DNA of 64,000 bases, taken from the NCBI GenBank assembly GCA_965198005.1, contig CBDAOI010000002.1, positions 384,001-448,000 of the forward strand. The letters are read 5' to 3'. Made by a program: the position numbers and the translations under genes. Below the pieces are notes generated by a model, which was not told the origin of the DNA, searched no databases, and saw only the letters and a list, made by a program, of their open reading frames with translations. Source of the DNA: Spirochaetia bacterium (GTDB lineage Bacteria > Spirochaetota > Spirochaetia > SZUA-6 > Bin103). This document shows, in pieces, positions 9,784 through 18,721 of this stretch. Positions within the stretch are counted from its first letter, which is position 1. Every line of letters starts with the position of its first letter.

Positions 9784-12183
9784 TCAAACATCGGGGGTTT
9801 GCCCATTCCTCGTAGACTGAACGGCAATCGCGGAGCGGAGTAGATCGAGCTTGCCGGAGTCCACGGTATTTCCCACGTGGGCACGCTCGGCGGTCTCTAC
9901 CAGCAGGCGCATGTGCGTAATGTCCTCCGCGTACTGCGCAAGCCGCCGCTGGTGACCGGCGCGCGTCTTGGTGCAGACCAGCGTGTAGGGACGGCCCTTG
10001 CGTTCGGTCTCGTGGAGCAGGTCGAGCCCGTTACCGTCGATGATCCCGTGGAGATGCCGGCGCAGTTCCTTGCGGAGCGGAAGCCGCAGCACTCTCTCCC
10101 GCGGGTCGGCGTAGAACCGTTGCAGTTCGCGGCAATGCGGGCACTGACACGAAATCGAGGCCCCCAGCGCCCAGTCGCTCGGTGCCGCGGGCGGCCGCGC
10201 GCTCCTTGCCAGCAGGTAGCCGGCGGCATGGTGCCACAGCGCCTTGAACGCCGGGGCTGCCGTTGGGCGCTGCGGCAGGACCGCAAGTTCCGCCAGCGCC
10301 GCCGGCAGCGTCCGATCGGGCGGCGCGGCTACCGGGTGTTCGATCAGCAGTGCCGCGGCTGCGTCCGCCTCTTGAGCCAGATCGAAATGCCACGCGAGGG
10401 CCAACAGGTTGCGGATCGTGGCGGCGTCCACGGGTGGCGGAGGTTTGCGCAGAGATCGATTCCCGTGGGCGTTGGTCCGCTGCTCCAGGGCGCCGGAGAT
10501 GGTCCGCAACAGGAGTTGCGTGGCGTTGCGCAGTGCGTCGTGCCAGCCCGCGTCCTGCCCCTCGGCCGGAACCAGGATGAGCCGCCATACGAGATCGATC
10601 ACACCATCCGTGCGCGACAGCAGATTGGCGTCGATGAATTCCGGCAGCCAGTCGCGGAGCGCTGCCGGGGTAACCACCGCGGCCAACTCGGCGTTCAGCC
10701 CACCGGAGTAGATCGCCGTGGTAACGTCATGCAGGAAGCGGAGCGTGATGGACTGGTCACCCAGCCGGCACAGCAGCCGGAGCGCGGCACGGCAGCTCCG
10801 TTCGACATCCGTCCGGCGCCCGGGCGGCGGCGCCGGCCACGCGTCGATGAGCTGCGTGGCAAGGTCGCGCAGGCGGCCATGCGCGGCCTCCGAATGGTCG
10901 TTGCGTTCCAACTCCTCGGCGACGTAGGCGACGCTGGAGCCGATACCGGCGCCGGCCAGCGTGGCGACGGTCCGTGCGCGCGGCCACAGCACCAGCGCCG
11001 CCGAGCGATACGCGCGCTCGATTTCGACCCCCGCGTTGCCCGTGGCCTCGTTCACCGACTCGTCATCCGGATCGGCGTCGTCCAGAGCGCCGACGGGCAG
11101 CAGTTCGCGCGCCCGCAACGGCAGCTTGCCGTACTCCGGCCTGACGTCGTCCGGCGCTACCCAATCATCGAGCCAGTGCTCGGAATCGAGCACCTCCCCG
11201 GCCTCAAGATCGCTGTCGTCCAGGTCGACACCGTAGGGCAGGTCCTGCGGGTACTCCGCGGCGCAGGACTCCTCGATATGCAGAATCGCGGCGTACAGGG
11301 CACAGTCCGCGCGCCGAGCCGCTTCGGCCAGGGTCCGAGCCACTGCGGCGTCGGTGTTCTTCAAGGCCGAGAACGAGAGCCCCTCCTCGCTGTACTCGTG
11401 CTCCAGCAGCCAGACGATCTTCTCCGCGCCCTGCGTGCTACGGTCCCACTGCGCCAGCAGGGCTGCGATGCGCTCCGTCAGCACGTCGTAGTCGGGTGCC
11501 CGCTCCAGCCCGCCGTGGTCGCCGCCGCGCAGCAGCAGTTGGTAGACCAGAACGATGCGGTGGCCGGTGGCGACCGGCCGGGTCTCGTGCACGCAGTCGG
11601 CGTAGAATGCCGCGAAGGCCAGCTCCGAGGGATCCTCGGTGCGCAGGTCGATCACCGCCTCATTCTGCTTGTGGCGGATCACCAGCTCGCCGCCCGTGCC
11701 GGCGACCGGCAGCGAGATCACCAGCGTTCCGACCATCCCGGTCGCCTTCTCGCTGTCGCGGTGGGCGCTGAAGAACCCTCCCGGCTCGTAGACCAGCAGC
11801 TTGTAGAGGCGCGCCTCGGTGCGCTCGCGGGGGCAGCCGAGTCCCTCCGCTGCGCGGCCGATGATCTGCGCCAACGTCTCGCTCCATGCCCCGCCGCCCA
11901 CGTCGACCTTGTCCGCGTCGATCTGCCAGCAGTCGCGGACCGATCGGTCCAGCACCGTCTCCGACCCCCTGCCGTACGGCGCCCGTTCCGCCGCCGCCAC
12001 CAGAGCCTCGGCCTGGGCGGGCGGAACCGGAAAAGGAATCAACCCGGCGCCCGCAACCTCCAGGCGCGGTAGCGGCGCGAACAGCCGGCCATGGGTGCAG
12101 TACTCGCCGGGGCGGTCAATTGATTCCAGCAACCCTTCCAGGGCTGATTGAGCGGGATGATATTCGACTTCGAAGTTGGACAT
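9784..12183 (-). CDS. Large 2OG-Fe(II) oxygenase family protein (799 aa), paralog of 4436-6802
   Basis: Same HRD/H/R motifs, CQCPHC..RRHLH; colinear with the other copy. Confidence 0.85.
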   Translation of the reverse strand: MSNFEVEYHPAQSALEGLLESIDRPGEYCTHGRLFAPLPRLEVAGAGLIPFPVPPAQAEALVAAAERAPYGRGSETVLDRSVRDCWQIDADKVDVGGGAWSETLAQIIGRAAEGLGCPRERTEARLYKLLVYEPGGFFSAHRDSEKATGMVGTLVISLPVAGTGGELVIRHKQNEAVIDLRTEDPSELAFAAFYADCVHETRPVATGHRIVLVYQLLLRGGDHGGLERAPDYDVLTERIAALLAQWDRSTQGAEKIVWLLEHEYSEEGLSFSALKNTDAAVARTLAEAARRADCALYAAILHIEESCAAEYPQDLPYGVDLDDSDLEAGEVLDSEHWLDDWVAPDDVRPEYGKLPLRARELLPVGALDDADPDDESVNEATGNAGVEIERAYRSAALVLWPRARTVATLAGAGIGSSVAYVAEELERNDHSEAAHGRLRDLATQLIDAWPAPPPGRRTDVERSCRAALRLLCRLGDQSITLRFLHDVTTAIYSGGLNAELAAVVTPAALRDWLPEFIDANLLSRTDGVIDLVWRLILVPAEGQDAGWHDALRNATQLLLRTISGALEQRTNAHGNRSLRKPPPPVDAATIRNLLALAWHFDLAQEADAAAALLIEHPVAAPPDRTLPAALAELAVLPQRPTAAPAFKALWHHAAGYLLARSARPPAAPSDWALGASISCQCPHCRELQRFYADPRERVLRLPLRKELRRHLHGIIDGNGLDLLHETERKGRPYTLVCTKTRAGHQRRLAQYAEDITHMRLLVETAERAHVGNTVDSGKLDLLRSAIAVQSTRNGQTPDV

Positions 12184-12189
12184 CGATCA

Positions 12190-12617
12190 CTACGCTTGGT
12201 GCGGGAGTGTAGCCCACGTGGTCGGCGCCTCGCCACCGGCCGTGAATGCATACACGATGGTCTGCACAGGTCGGCTCGGGTAGCGGGCGACTCGGCACGC
12301 GAGCGTGGCCTGCGCTACCAGTCTGTGGCCGACAGGGTCCACCGTTACGGCGAAGCCTTCCAGGGTTCGGACGCCCAGCAACACCTGATCGCCCCTCCGC
12401 CCGAACACTACCTCGTCGGTGGTCTCGTACCCTTCGGCGCGCACGATGGCGTACCCGATCTCGCGCTGCAGCCGTTCCCCGGAAGCCGTAACGAAGGTTC
12501 GCTTGCGCCGCGGCGATGCCGATTGCGGTCACCAGCCACGCTCGGATCCGGTAGATCGGTTCGGCGCGTCTCGTTCTTCGGATTCACCGCCACGACGCTT
12601 ACCCTGAATGCGCTCAT
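12190..12617 (-). pseudogene. Clan AA aspartic protease-like gene, disrupted
   Basis: MSAFRVSVVAVNP start; VVFG..LLGVRTLEGFAVTVDP tail in another frame; catalytic DTG not seen. Confidence 0.6.
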
Positions 12618-12798
12618 CGGCCCTGGCACGTATCATATCACTTTCGAGCTGGCGGCGCCCATGTCCGGTACGTATGGTGATGCCTGTGACGCCGGCGACG
12701 TTTGAGCAGGTACGACGGGACGGCGTAATCTGAGCGCAGGATTTAAGGAGAGGTCAGGTCATGAGTCCCACCCTTCTTCCGCCCGTCTTGGGAAGCCT

Positions 12799-12870
12799 GT
12801 GAAGTCGGGGTTGGTAGCCGCGAAGGCCCGTGGCAAGCGCCTTGGGCGCCCGCCTGGTCATCCAGTCTGA
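12799..12870 (+). pseudogene. Serine recombinase (resolvase) C-terminal fragment
   Basis: VKSGLVAAKARGKRLGRPP. Confidence 0.6.
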
Positions 12871-12877
12871 TCGCCGT

Positions 12878-13431
12878 ATGCCGCCGCCCACGTCGACCTT
12901 GTCCGCGTCGATCTGCCAGCAGTCGCGGACCTGATCGGTCGCCCCTGCCAGCAGCGGCACCAGGCGTCTCCGTAACGAACTCCTCGGTAGCCGTACTACC
13001 CAAGATATCCGATTCCGTTCACGCCGACTCGCGCCATCAGCCAACAGCAACGAAACCGCATCTTCACTGAACGCGTTCGTGCTAACGTCCGGAAGTTCAG
13101 GAATCACGAAGTGGAGTAACACGTTCCTGAACTTAGATCTCGGCTTGTTGCGACGAAACCTTAAGTGAAAAGGAATCAACCCGGCGCCCGCAACCTCCAG
13201 GCGCGGTAGCGGCGCGAACAGCCGGCCATGGGTGCAGTACTCGCCGGGGCGGTCAATTGATTGCCGGCCAGCAACCCTAATCCCAGACATGCCCATGTCG
13301 CGTTCAACGATTTCGGCGAGGTCGGAGCGTGCGGCGCAAAGGGGTTGAAGAGCCGGCAACGGGAGTACATGTTGCGCTATTCGATTTCGAAGTTCGCCAT
13401 TGATCGTTACGTCCGGCAGGAAGTGTAGTCG
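12878..13431 (-). pseudogene. Mosaic of 2OG-oxygenase 5' fragments and unrelated low-GC DNA
   Basis: VRDCWQIDADKVDVGGG (about 12880-12930), SIDRPGEYCTHGRLFAPLPRLEVAGAGLIPF (about 13168-13263), MANFEIE start plus leader (13380-13431, near identical to 4330-4381). Confidence 0.7.
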
Positions 13432-13489
13432 ACTGGCCGGCGACGCGCCATCGACGCGAATGTTCGGTGTGGAGCGGCACGACCCTAAT

Positions 13490-14235
13490 CGGTGCCGCCG
13501 GCGCCGCCGGCCCACCGCCCGCCAGCTCGGTGAGCCGGCGCTGCCATTCGGCTTCGTCGACTACCTCGAAACGCATCGACTTGCCCTGCATCGCCGAGAC
13601 GAACTCGGCCCAATCGCGCCGGGTGGCATGCTGCGAGCAGATGTCGAACACCGAGCGCTTGTATTCGGTGTCGGCGGCTTCCTTGAGGTGCAGGCCCTTG
13701 GTTTCGACCACGAACACCTGATGGAAGGCGTCGTCGGTGTCCGGATCGTCGGGCTTCAGGGTGAAGATGAAGTCGGCGTAGATCCGTCCGCGCTTCCAGC
13801 CCTGGACGTAGTAGTCCTGGCGCGCGCGGTTGCGGTACCAGAAGAACAGACGCTCCTGCTGGTCGTGAAAGGTGGCTACCCGATTCTCCAGCTCGTTCAG
13901 GTCCTCCTCGCTCGTACGGTCGAACAGATTGAGCAAGTACTGGCCGCCGTCGTCACGGTTGGCCTGCCGGCCGGCGCTGGTCTTGATCTGTCGGGGAAGA
14001 CGATTGAAGCCCAGGTCCTCGGCCGCCACGATGAACCGCATCGTGCCGTCTTCGAGCAGCTCGGTGAACACGCCACGCGTCAGCCGGTCGCGTTCGGCCT
14101 CCAGACGTTTGTGCAACTCCTCCAGGATGAAGCCGTAGTTGCCGCAGACTTCCTACAACAATTCGACGCCGCGGCGCTGGAAGCAGAACACGTAGCTTTC
14201 GTCCAGCCACCGGTCGCCGGTCTTGCGCGCATGGG
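13490..14235 (-). pseudogene. Type III Res subunit fragments including C-terminal nuclease domain
   Basis: IYADFIF..FVVETKG PD-(D/E)XK; 14150-14230 repeats 7340-7420 (DESYVFCFQRRGVELL). Confidence 0.8.
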
Positions 14236-14239
14236 GGCT

Positions 14240-14360
14240 GGCGCTGGTTGAGCGCCAGGACCGCGTGTGCCGTAGTCCCCGATCCGGCGAACGAGTCAAG
14301 AATGATGGAGTCTTCGTCGGCAGACAGCCTTATCACTTGCTTCAGTAGCTCAACCGGCTT
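14240..14360 (-). pseudogene. Type III Mod methyltransferase fragment (motif I)
   Basis: KPVELLKQVI..IILDSFAGSGTTAHAVLALN. Confidence 0.8.
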
Positions 14361-14544
14361 AGTGGTCGTGATGATGTCGGAAACGTCGACCGCAACCCGG
14401 CGCTGGAGCTGAGCCTCAGGGCGGACCCAGCGGAGTCCCAGGAGACCTTGACCCAGCTCGCGGTGGCGCGGCTGATCGAGTTCCTGGAAGACCAACAACA
14501 GGCCAGCCGCGAGGGGCTGCAGGCGACAGCCAGGTAGTGGTGGT

Positions 14545-14934
14545 TCATGCTCCCGCCCACGGGTCGATTACTTCTATCTCTGTTCCTGAGAAATCCTGAA
14601 CATTCCGCGTCGCCACGGCCATGCCTCGCGATCGCGCGATGGCCGCTATCTGACAATCCGCTTGCGAGATTGGACGCCCAACGGCACGACGGACGGCGGC
14701 AATATCCGCATAGGAGCGGGCCGCGGTGCTGTCGAACGGCAGAACCCGCCCGGCGAACAGACTGCCGAGTGTTCGTTCGGCAGCGTCAGCGAGATTCCGG
14801 CGGCGTGCACCCTCGGACAGAAAGGCTATACCAGTGCGGACCTCTGCCTCCGTCACCGCCGTCACGAAAAACTCCTGAGCTGGCCGACTGTCCATCCAGG
14901 CAAGAACCTCCGGATGTGGAGAATCGAGCATCAT
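14545..14934 (-). CDS. vapC: VapC/FitB-like PIN toxin, N-terminus apparently shortened
   Basis: TAVTEAE, GRPISQADCQIAAIA, VATRNVQDF; MMLD runs directly into SPHP (usual TNVxSE stretch missing). Confidence 0.8.
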   Translation of the reverse strand: MMLDSPHPEVLAWMDSRPAQEFFVTAVTEAEVRTGIAFLSEGARRRNLADAAERTLGSLFAGRVLPFDSTAARSYADIAAVRRAVGRPISQADCQIAAIARSRGMAVATRNVQDFSGTEIEVIDPWAGA

Positions 14935-15149
14935 TTCGGATGCGGTAACTCCAACTCAACCCCACCGAAGGGTTTGAACAGTTCGTGGATAGCCGTACCC
15001 AAGCCCTTCGCGGGCACGTCCTCCTGTCCGACGACCTCGCGCAGAATCAACCGCACTTCCTCTTCCATGGAACGGCCATTGTCCGCCGCCCGCACGCGCA
15101 GCCGCGTCTTTACCTGGTCGTCGAGATTGCGAATCGTGATACTCGCCAT
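14931..15149 (-). CDS. FitA-like ribbon-helix-helix antitoxin
   Basis: MASITIRNLDDQVKTRLRVRAADNGRSMEEEVRLIL. Confidence 0.9.
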   Translation of the reverse strand: MASITIRNLDDQVKTRLRVRAADNGRSMEEEVRLILREVVGQEDVPAKGLGTAIHELFKPFGGVELELPHPK

Positions 15150-15298
15150 GATCGATCATGCCCCCGTCAGTACAATCCACCCTACATGGATGCTTGCGAT
15201 GCAATCAAGCGCTGAGCGCCTCAACGAAAGCATCCTACCGGAGCATCTGGCGCCATGACAGGAGTATCACCGATGACGCGCGGCCTGGCAAGAACGCG

Positions 15299-15407
15299 TT
15301 ACCCCTCAATGCTGCCGATCATGACGCCCTTGACGAGGTAGCGCTGGATCAAGGGGTAGACGCACAGGATGGGGGTGACGGCAACCACGATCATCGCCGT
15401 ATTCAGG
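15299..15407 (-). pseudogene. Carbohydrate ABC permease C-terminal fragment
   Basis: AMIVVAVTPILCVYPLIQRYLVKGVMIGSIEG*. Confidence 0.7.
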
Positions 15408-15527
15408 CGTGGTCACCGGTGCGAACAGCCGGCCATGCGTGCAGTACTGCCGGCGCCGCCCGGCGGGGTTGTGGCCGTTGTCCCGGAGGGGCCGTGCCGA
15501 GTAGTATTGTGTACGGCGAGTACGGAG

Positions 15528-16271
15528 ATGGCCTTCACCGTAGCCGATGTTCGGGATTTGGTGCGATTGCTGGACGAACAGCCGGACTGGCGTGCCGAGG
15601 TCCGCCGGCAACTTCTCACCGACGAGTTGCTGGCCATGCCGGAGCAGATCGCCCAGCAGCGGCGAGACATCCAGCGGATCGAAGAGCAGATTGCCCGGCA
15701 GCGGCGAGACATCCACCGGATCGAAGGACAGCTCGTGGAGCAGCGGCGAGCAACAGATCGGCGTTTTCAGCAGGTCGAAGATCAGATCGCCGCTCTGACC
15801 CGTACCGTCGACACCCTCACGAACGACGTTGGCGAACTGAAAGGAGACAGTCTGGAGCGCCGCTACCGCGAGAAGGCCGGCGCCTACTTCGGCCGTCTGC
15901 TGCGGCGTACCCACGTCCTGAGCGACGACGAACTGAACAAGCTGCTCGACGACGCGGTCGCGCAGGGGGTGCTCACCGAGGACGAGTGCGATGAAGTGAT
16001 CTGGGCCGACGCCATCGTGCGCGGCCGGCGCCGTGGCGACCGCGCACAGGTGGTGGCCGTCGCCGAGGTCTCGTGGGGCGTAGGAATCAAAGACGTGGAA
16101 CGCGCGTCGCGCCGCGCGGACCTGCTGGCCCGGGTCGGCTTCACCACCCTGCCGGTCGTGGGCGGCAAGGCGGTGACCCGAGAGGCGGCGGAGCTGGCCC
16201 GGCAGAAAGGGGTGTGGCAACTGTTCGACGGCAGGCTGGTAGCCCCCGACGCGGCCGGCGAACCGGAATAG
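15528..16271 (+). CDS. Coiled-coil protein with C-terminal PD-(D/E)XK-like domain
   Basis: Heptad repeats, then ADAIVRG..VAEVS..DVERA; GGAG directly before ATG 15528. Confidence 0.7.
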   Translation: MAFTVADVRDLVRLLDEQPDWRAEVRRQLLTDELLAMPEQIAQQRRDIQRIEEQIARQRRDIHRIEGQLVEQRRATDRRFQQVEDQIAALTRTVDTLTNDVGELKGDSLERRYREKAGAYFGRLLRRTHVLSDDELNKLLDDAVAQGVLTEDECDEVIWADAIVRGRRRGDRAQVVAVAEVSWGVGIKDVERASRRADLLARVGFTTLPVVGGKAVTREAAELARQKGVWQLFDGRLVAPDAAGEPE

Positions 16272-16331
16272 ACTGCGCCCCGCCTTCCGGTAGCGCGCCG
16301 GTTGCCGCCCGACGTGCTCGTACTGGTCGCG

Positions 16332-18152
16332 CTACTCCCAGTAGCGACTCAGGCGGAAGAACGAGTGCAGGAGCGGGCCGGCCGTCATGCGGCAGCGGGC
16401 ATGGGACGGCTGCACGCGGTCGACCTCGCCTTCGATCTCCACGACGCCAAGGGGCTCCAGCACTCTCCGGCAGAACACGGCGTAGTTCTCGATGAAGCTC
16501 CGGACGTGAACCGAGGCCTTGCCCGGCAGCAGCACTTGCCAGAACAGCCGCAACACCTCGGCGGCGTAGTCGGAAACGCGCTGCGGCGTAGCGCCTGCGT
16601 GGTGCAACAGGCACAGCGTATAGGCAAGCACCGTGGCGTCCTTCGCCTGCCAATGCGCGAAGAACAGGTCGTCCAGGAGCCGCGGCAGCATCTCCAGCGC
16701 CACGCGTTCGGCACCGCCGCCGGCAGCGGTCTCTACCTCGAGGCCGGCCGCACGCCGCTCGGCCAGGAGCGCTTCCACCCGCGGCGCTCGCGCCGCGAGC
16801 TCGCGGCGTGCCGCAGGGCTGAAGTCCAGGGTGAACAGCGTGCTCTTGGACGGCACCGACGGCATATGCCGGCGCACCTCCGGTGGTGGCGGGGTGTAGT
16901 CCGCGATCCCTCCGGGGAGGGAGATCTCGTAGCGTTGGACCGTTCTCTTGAGGGTTGCTTCCAGCTCGCGCGCGGTCTCGGGTGCCACGCCGTAGCGCGT
17001 TGCCAACTCTTCCAAGCGGTATTCGACACCGAGATTGCGCCGCCGGGAAAGTTCACGCAGGAATGCGTTGATCGGCTCCAGTGCCGCCGCGGCACCATCA
17101 TCGGTTTTCCGCGCATCCTCCACCAGCCGCTGGTACTGCAGACTCTTGACAATCGGCGACACCACGCCGGGCAGATCCCTGGCGACGAGCGCCATGGTCC
17201 CGCCAGCGAACCATTCCGGATCATCCGGCAACTCCGCCTGCTCGCGCAGGAGCTGCGCAAGCTCCCGGTAGAGATCCGGCCCCATCGCGATCACGGTGAG
17301 CACTCCCTTGACCGCGTCGTAGTAGAACTGCGCGATCTCAGCGGGTGAGCTGCGATCGCGCAGCTTGCCTTCGACCACCTGTCGCCGCTCCGGCACCGCG
17401 GTGATCTCGAAGTCGGCGGCACACCGCTCCACGGAAAAGGAGCGCACCGCCACCTCATGCGCACAGAACCGGACCGGTTGCTCTCTGAACACCGCCTCCG
17501 GGATCTCCGCCCAGCGCGCCAGCAACAGAAAGTAGGCCGGCCGTGCGGCCACCGCGGCCTCCAGTCCCTGTATCCTGAGGGTATCGGGGTGCAGCGCCTT
17601 GGCCAGGTAGACGAAGTCGTAGGGCTGGAAGCCGCGGTGGTAGTGCACCACTCCGAAAGTCTGACAACACAGCCCGTTCGAATACGCCGCGGTGAAGAAC
17701 AGCCGCTCGCCCTGGCGCGTCAGGTCGGTAAGCGCCGGCGAATAGAACAGCCGCTCGCAGTCCGACAGGTGATCCACCACCCGGTAGAGGTCTCCCCGCA
17801 CCTGTGCGGTCACCGAGAACAGCGTCCAGAACCAGGGGCGGCGCATGACCTCACGGAGCAGCCCTCGCTGCTCCCGCGACAGGTCCTCGCGATGCTGAGC
17901 CAGGTACTTGCGTACCATGGCCGGCCGGCGCATGACCTCCATGCCGGCGACCTGCACCACGGCCAGTTGATGCCACTCTTCGGGCAATTCGGCGGCGACC
18001 TTGTGCAGGCGCCGCACATCTCTCGCGTACCCGGCCAGCAGCTTGCGTCCGGTGACGGCCCAGGATATGAAGTGGTCCTCGATGTGGGAGAGCGATTCCA
18101 CGATGTCACTCACCGCGACGCTGCGTTCGACCGTCGCGTCAATGTCCATCAT
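16332..18152 (-). CDS. Hypothetical protein (about 606 aa)
   Basis: Long ORF with protein-like composition; start MMDID preceded by TAGGCT-7nt. Confidence 0.7.
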   Translation of the reverse strand: MMDIDATVERSVAVSDIVESLSHIEDHFISWAVTGRKLLAGYARDVRRLHKVAAELPEEWHQLAVVQVAGMEVMRRPAMVRKYLAQHREDLSREQRGLLREVMRRPWFWTLFSVTAQVRGDLYRVVDHLSDCERLFYSPALTDLTRQGERLFFTAAYSNGLCCQTFGVVHYHRGFQPYDFVYLAKALHPDTLRIQGLEAAVAARPAYFLLLARWAEIPEAVFREQPVRFCAHEVAVRSFSVERCAADFEITAVPERRQVVEGKLRDRSSPAEIAQFYYDAVKGVLTVIAMGPDLYRELAQLLREQAELPDDPEWFAGGTMALVARDLPGVVSPIVKSLQYQRLVEDARKTDDGAAAALEPINAFLRELSRRRNLGVEYRLEELATRYGVAPETARELEATLKRTVQRYEISLPGGIADYTPPPPEVRRHMPSVPSKSTLFTLDFSPAARRELAARAPRVEALLAERRAAGLEVETAAGGGAERVALEMLPRLLDDLFFAHWQAKDATVLAYTLCLLHHAGATPQRVSDYAAEVLRLFWQVLLPGKASVHVRSFIENYAVFCRRVLEPLGVVEIEGEVDRVQPSHARCRMTAGPLLHSFFRLSRYWE

Positions 18153-18267
18153 GGCCGAAAGCCTACCACACACGCGCACGTCAGGGGCGACGGCTCGACA
18201 GGAGCGCACGTCCACCTTGACCGGGTTGGCATTCCTCTTGCGCTGTGCCGGCAGGAGGTTCCCCTCG

Positions 18268-18668
18268 ATGCAGAGATTACATCGCGCGGCGCTGGTGTTG
18301 GCCGCGTCCGTGTTCGCCTTGTTGGCTGCCGTCGCCGTGAGCGCCGAGTAGCTCGCCGTCAAGTATTCGCTCGACTGGAAGTTCGAAGGTCCGAGCGCGA
18401 TCGCCCGCGTCGCCAGCGGCGTCTACCAGTTCGGCTTCGCCGACATCAACTCCCTGATCAAGTTCCACGACAAGAATCCGGACGTGGGGATCAAGGGGAT
18501 TCTCATGGTGTACGACGCGCCGCCGTTCGCTATCGTCACGCTGGGCCGCTGGTGTTCGCCGGCCTCTGGGCGCTGGCCGCGGAGGGGATCGGCATGTATG
18601 CTGCCTTCGCTTGGCTCGAGCGGCGCCTTACCGGCTGGGCCTTTCGCCGCGACGCCGCCAACGCCTGA
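18268..18668 (+). pseudogene. Collapsed NMT1/THI5-type ABC operon (SBP and permease remnants)
   Basis: AGGAGG RBS, signal peptide, in-frame TAG, YSLDWKFEGP..FGFADINSL..VYDAPP, then permease tail LVFAGL..LERRLTGWA. Confidence 0.7.
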
Positions 18669-18721
18669 TTCGGACGCGGCAGAAGTCGCCCGCGAAATCA
18701 GGCGAAATCAGAGGGGGAGGG

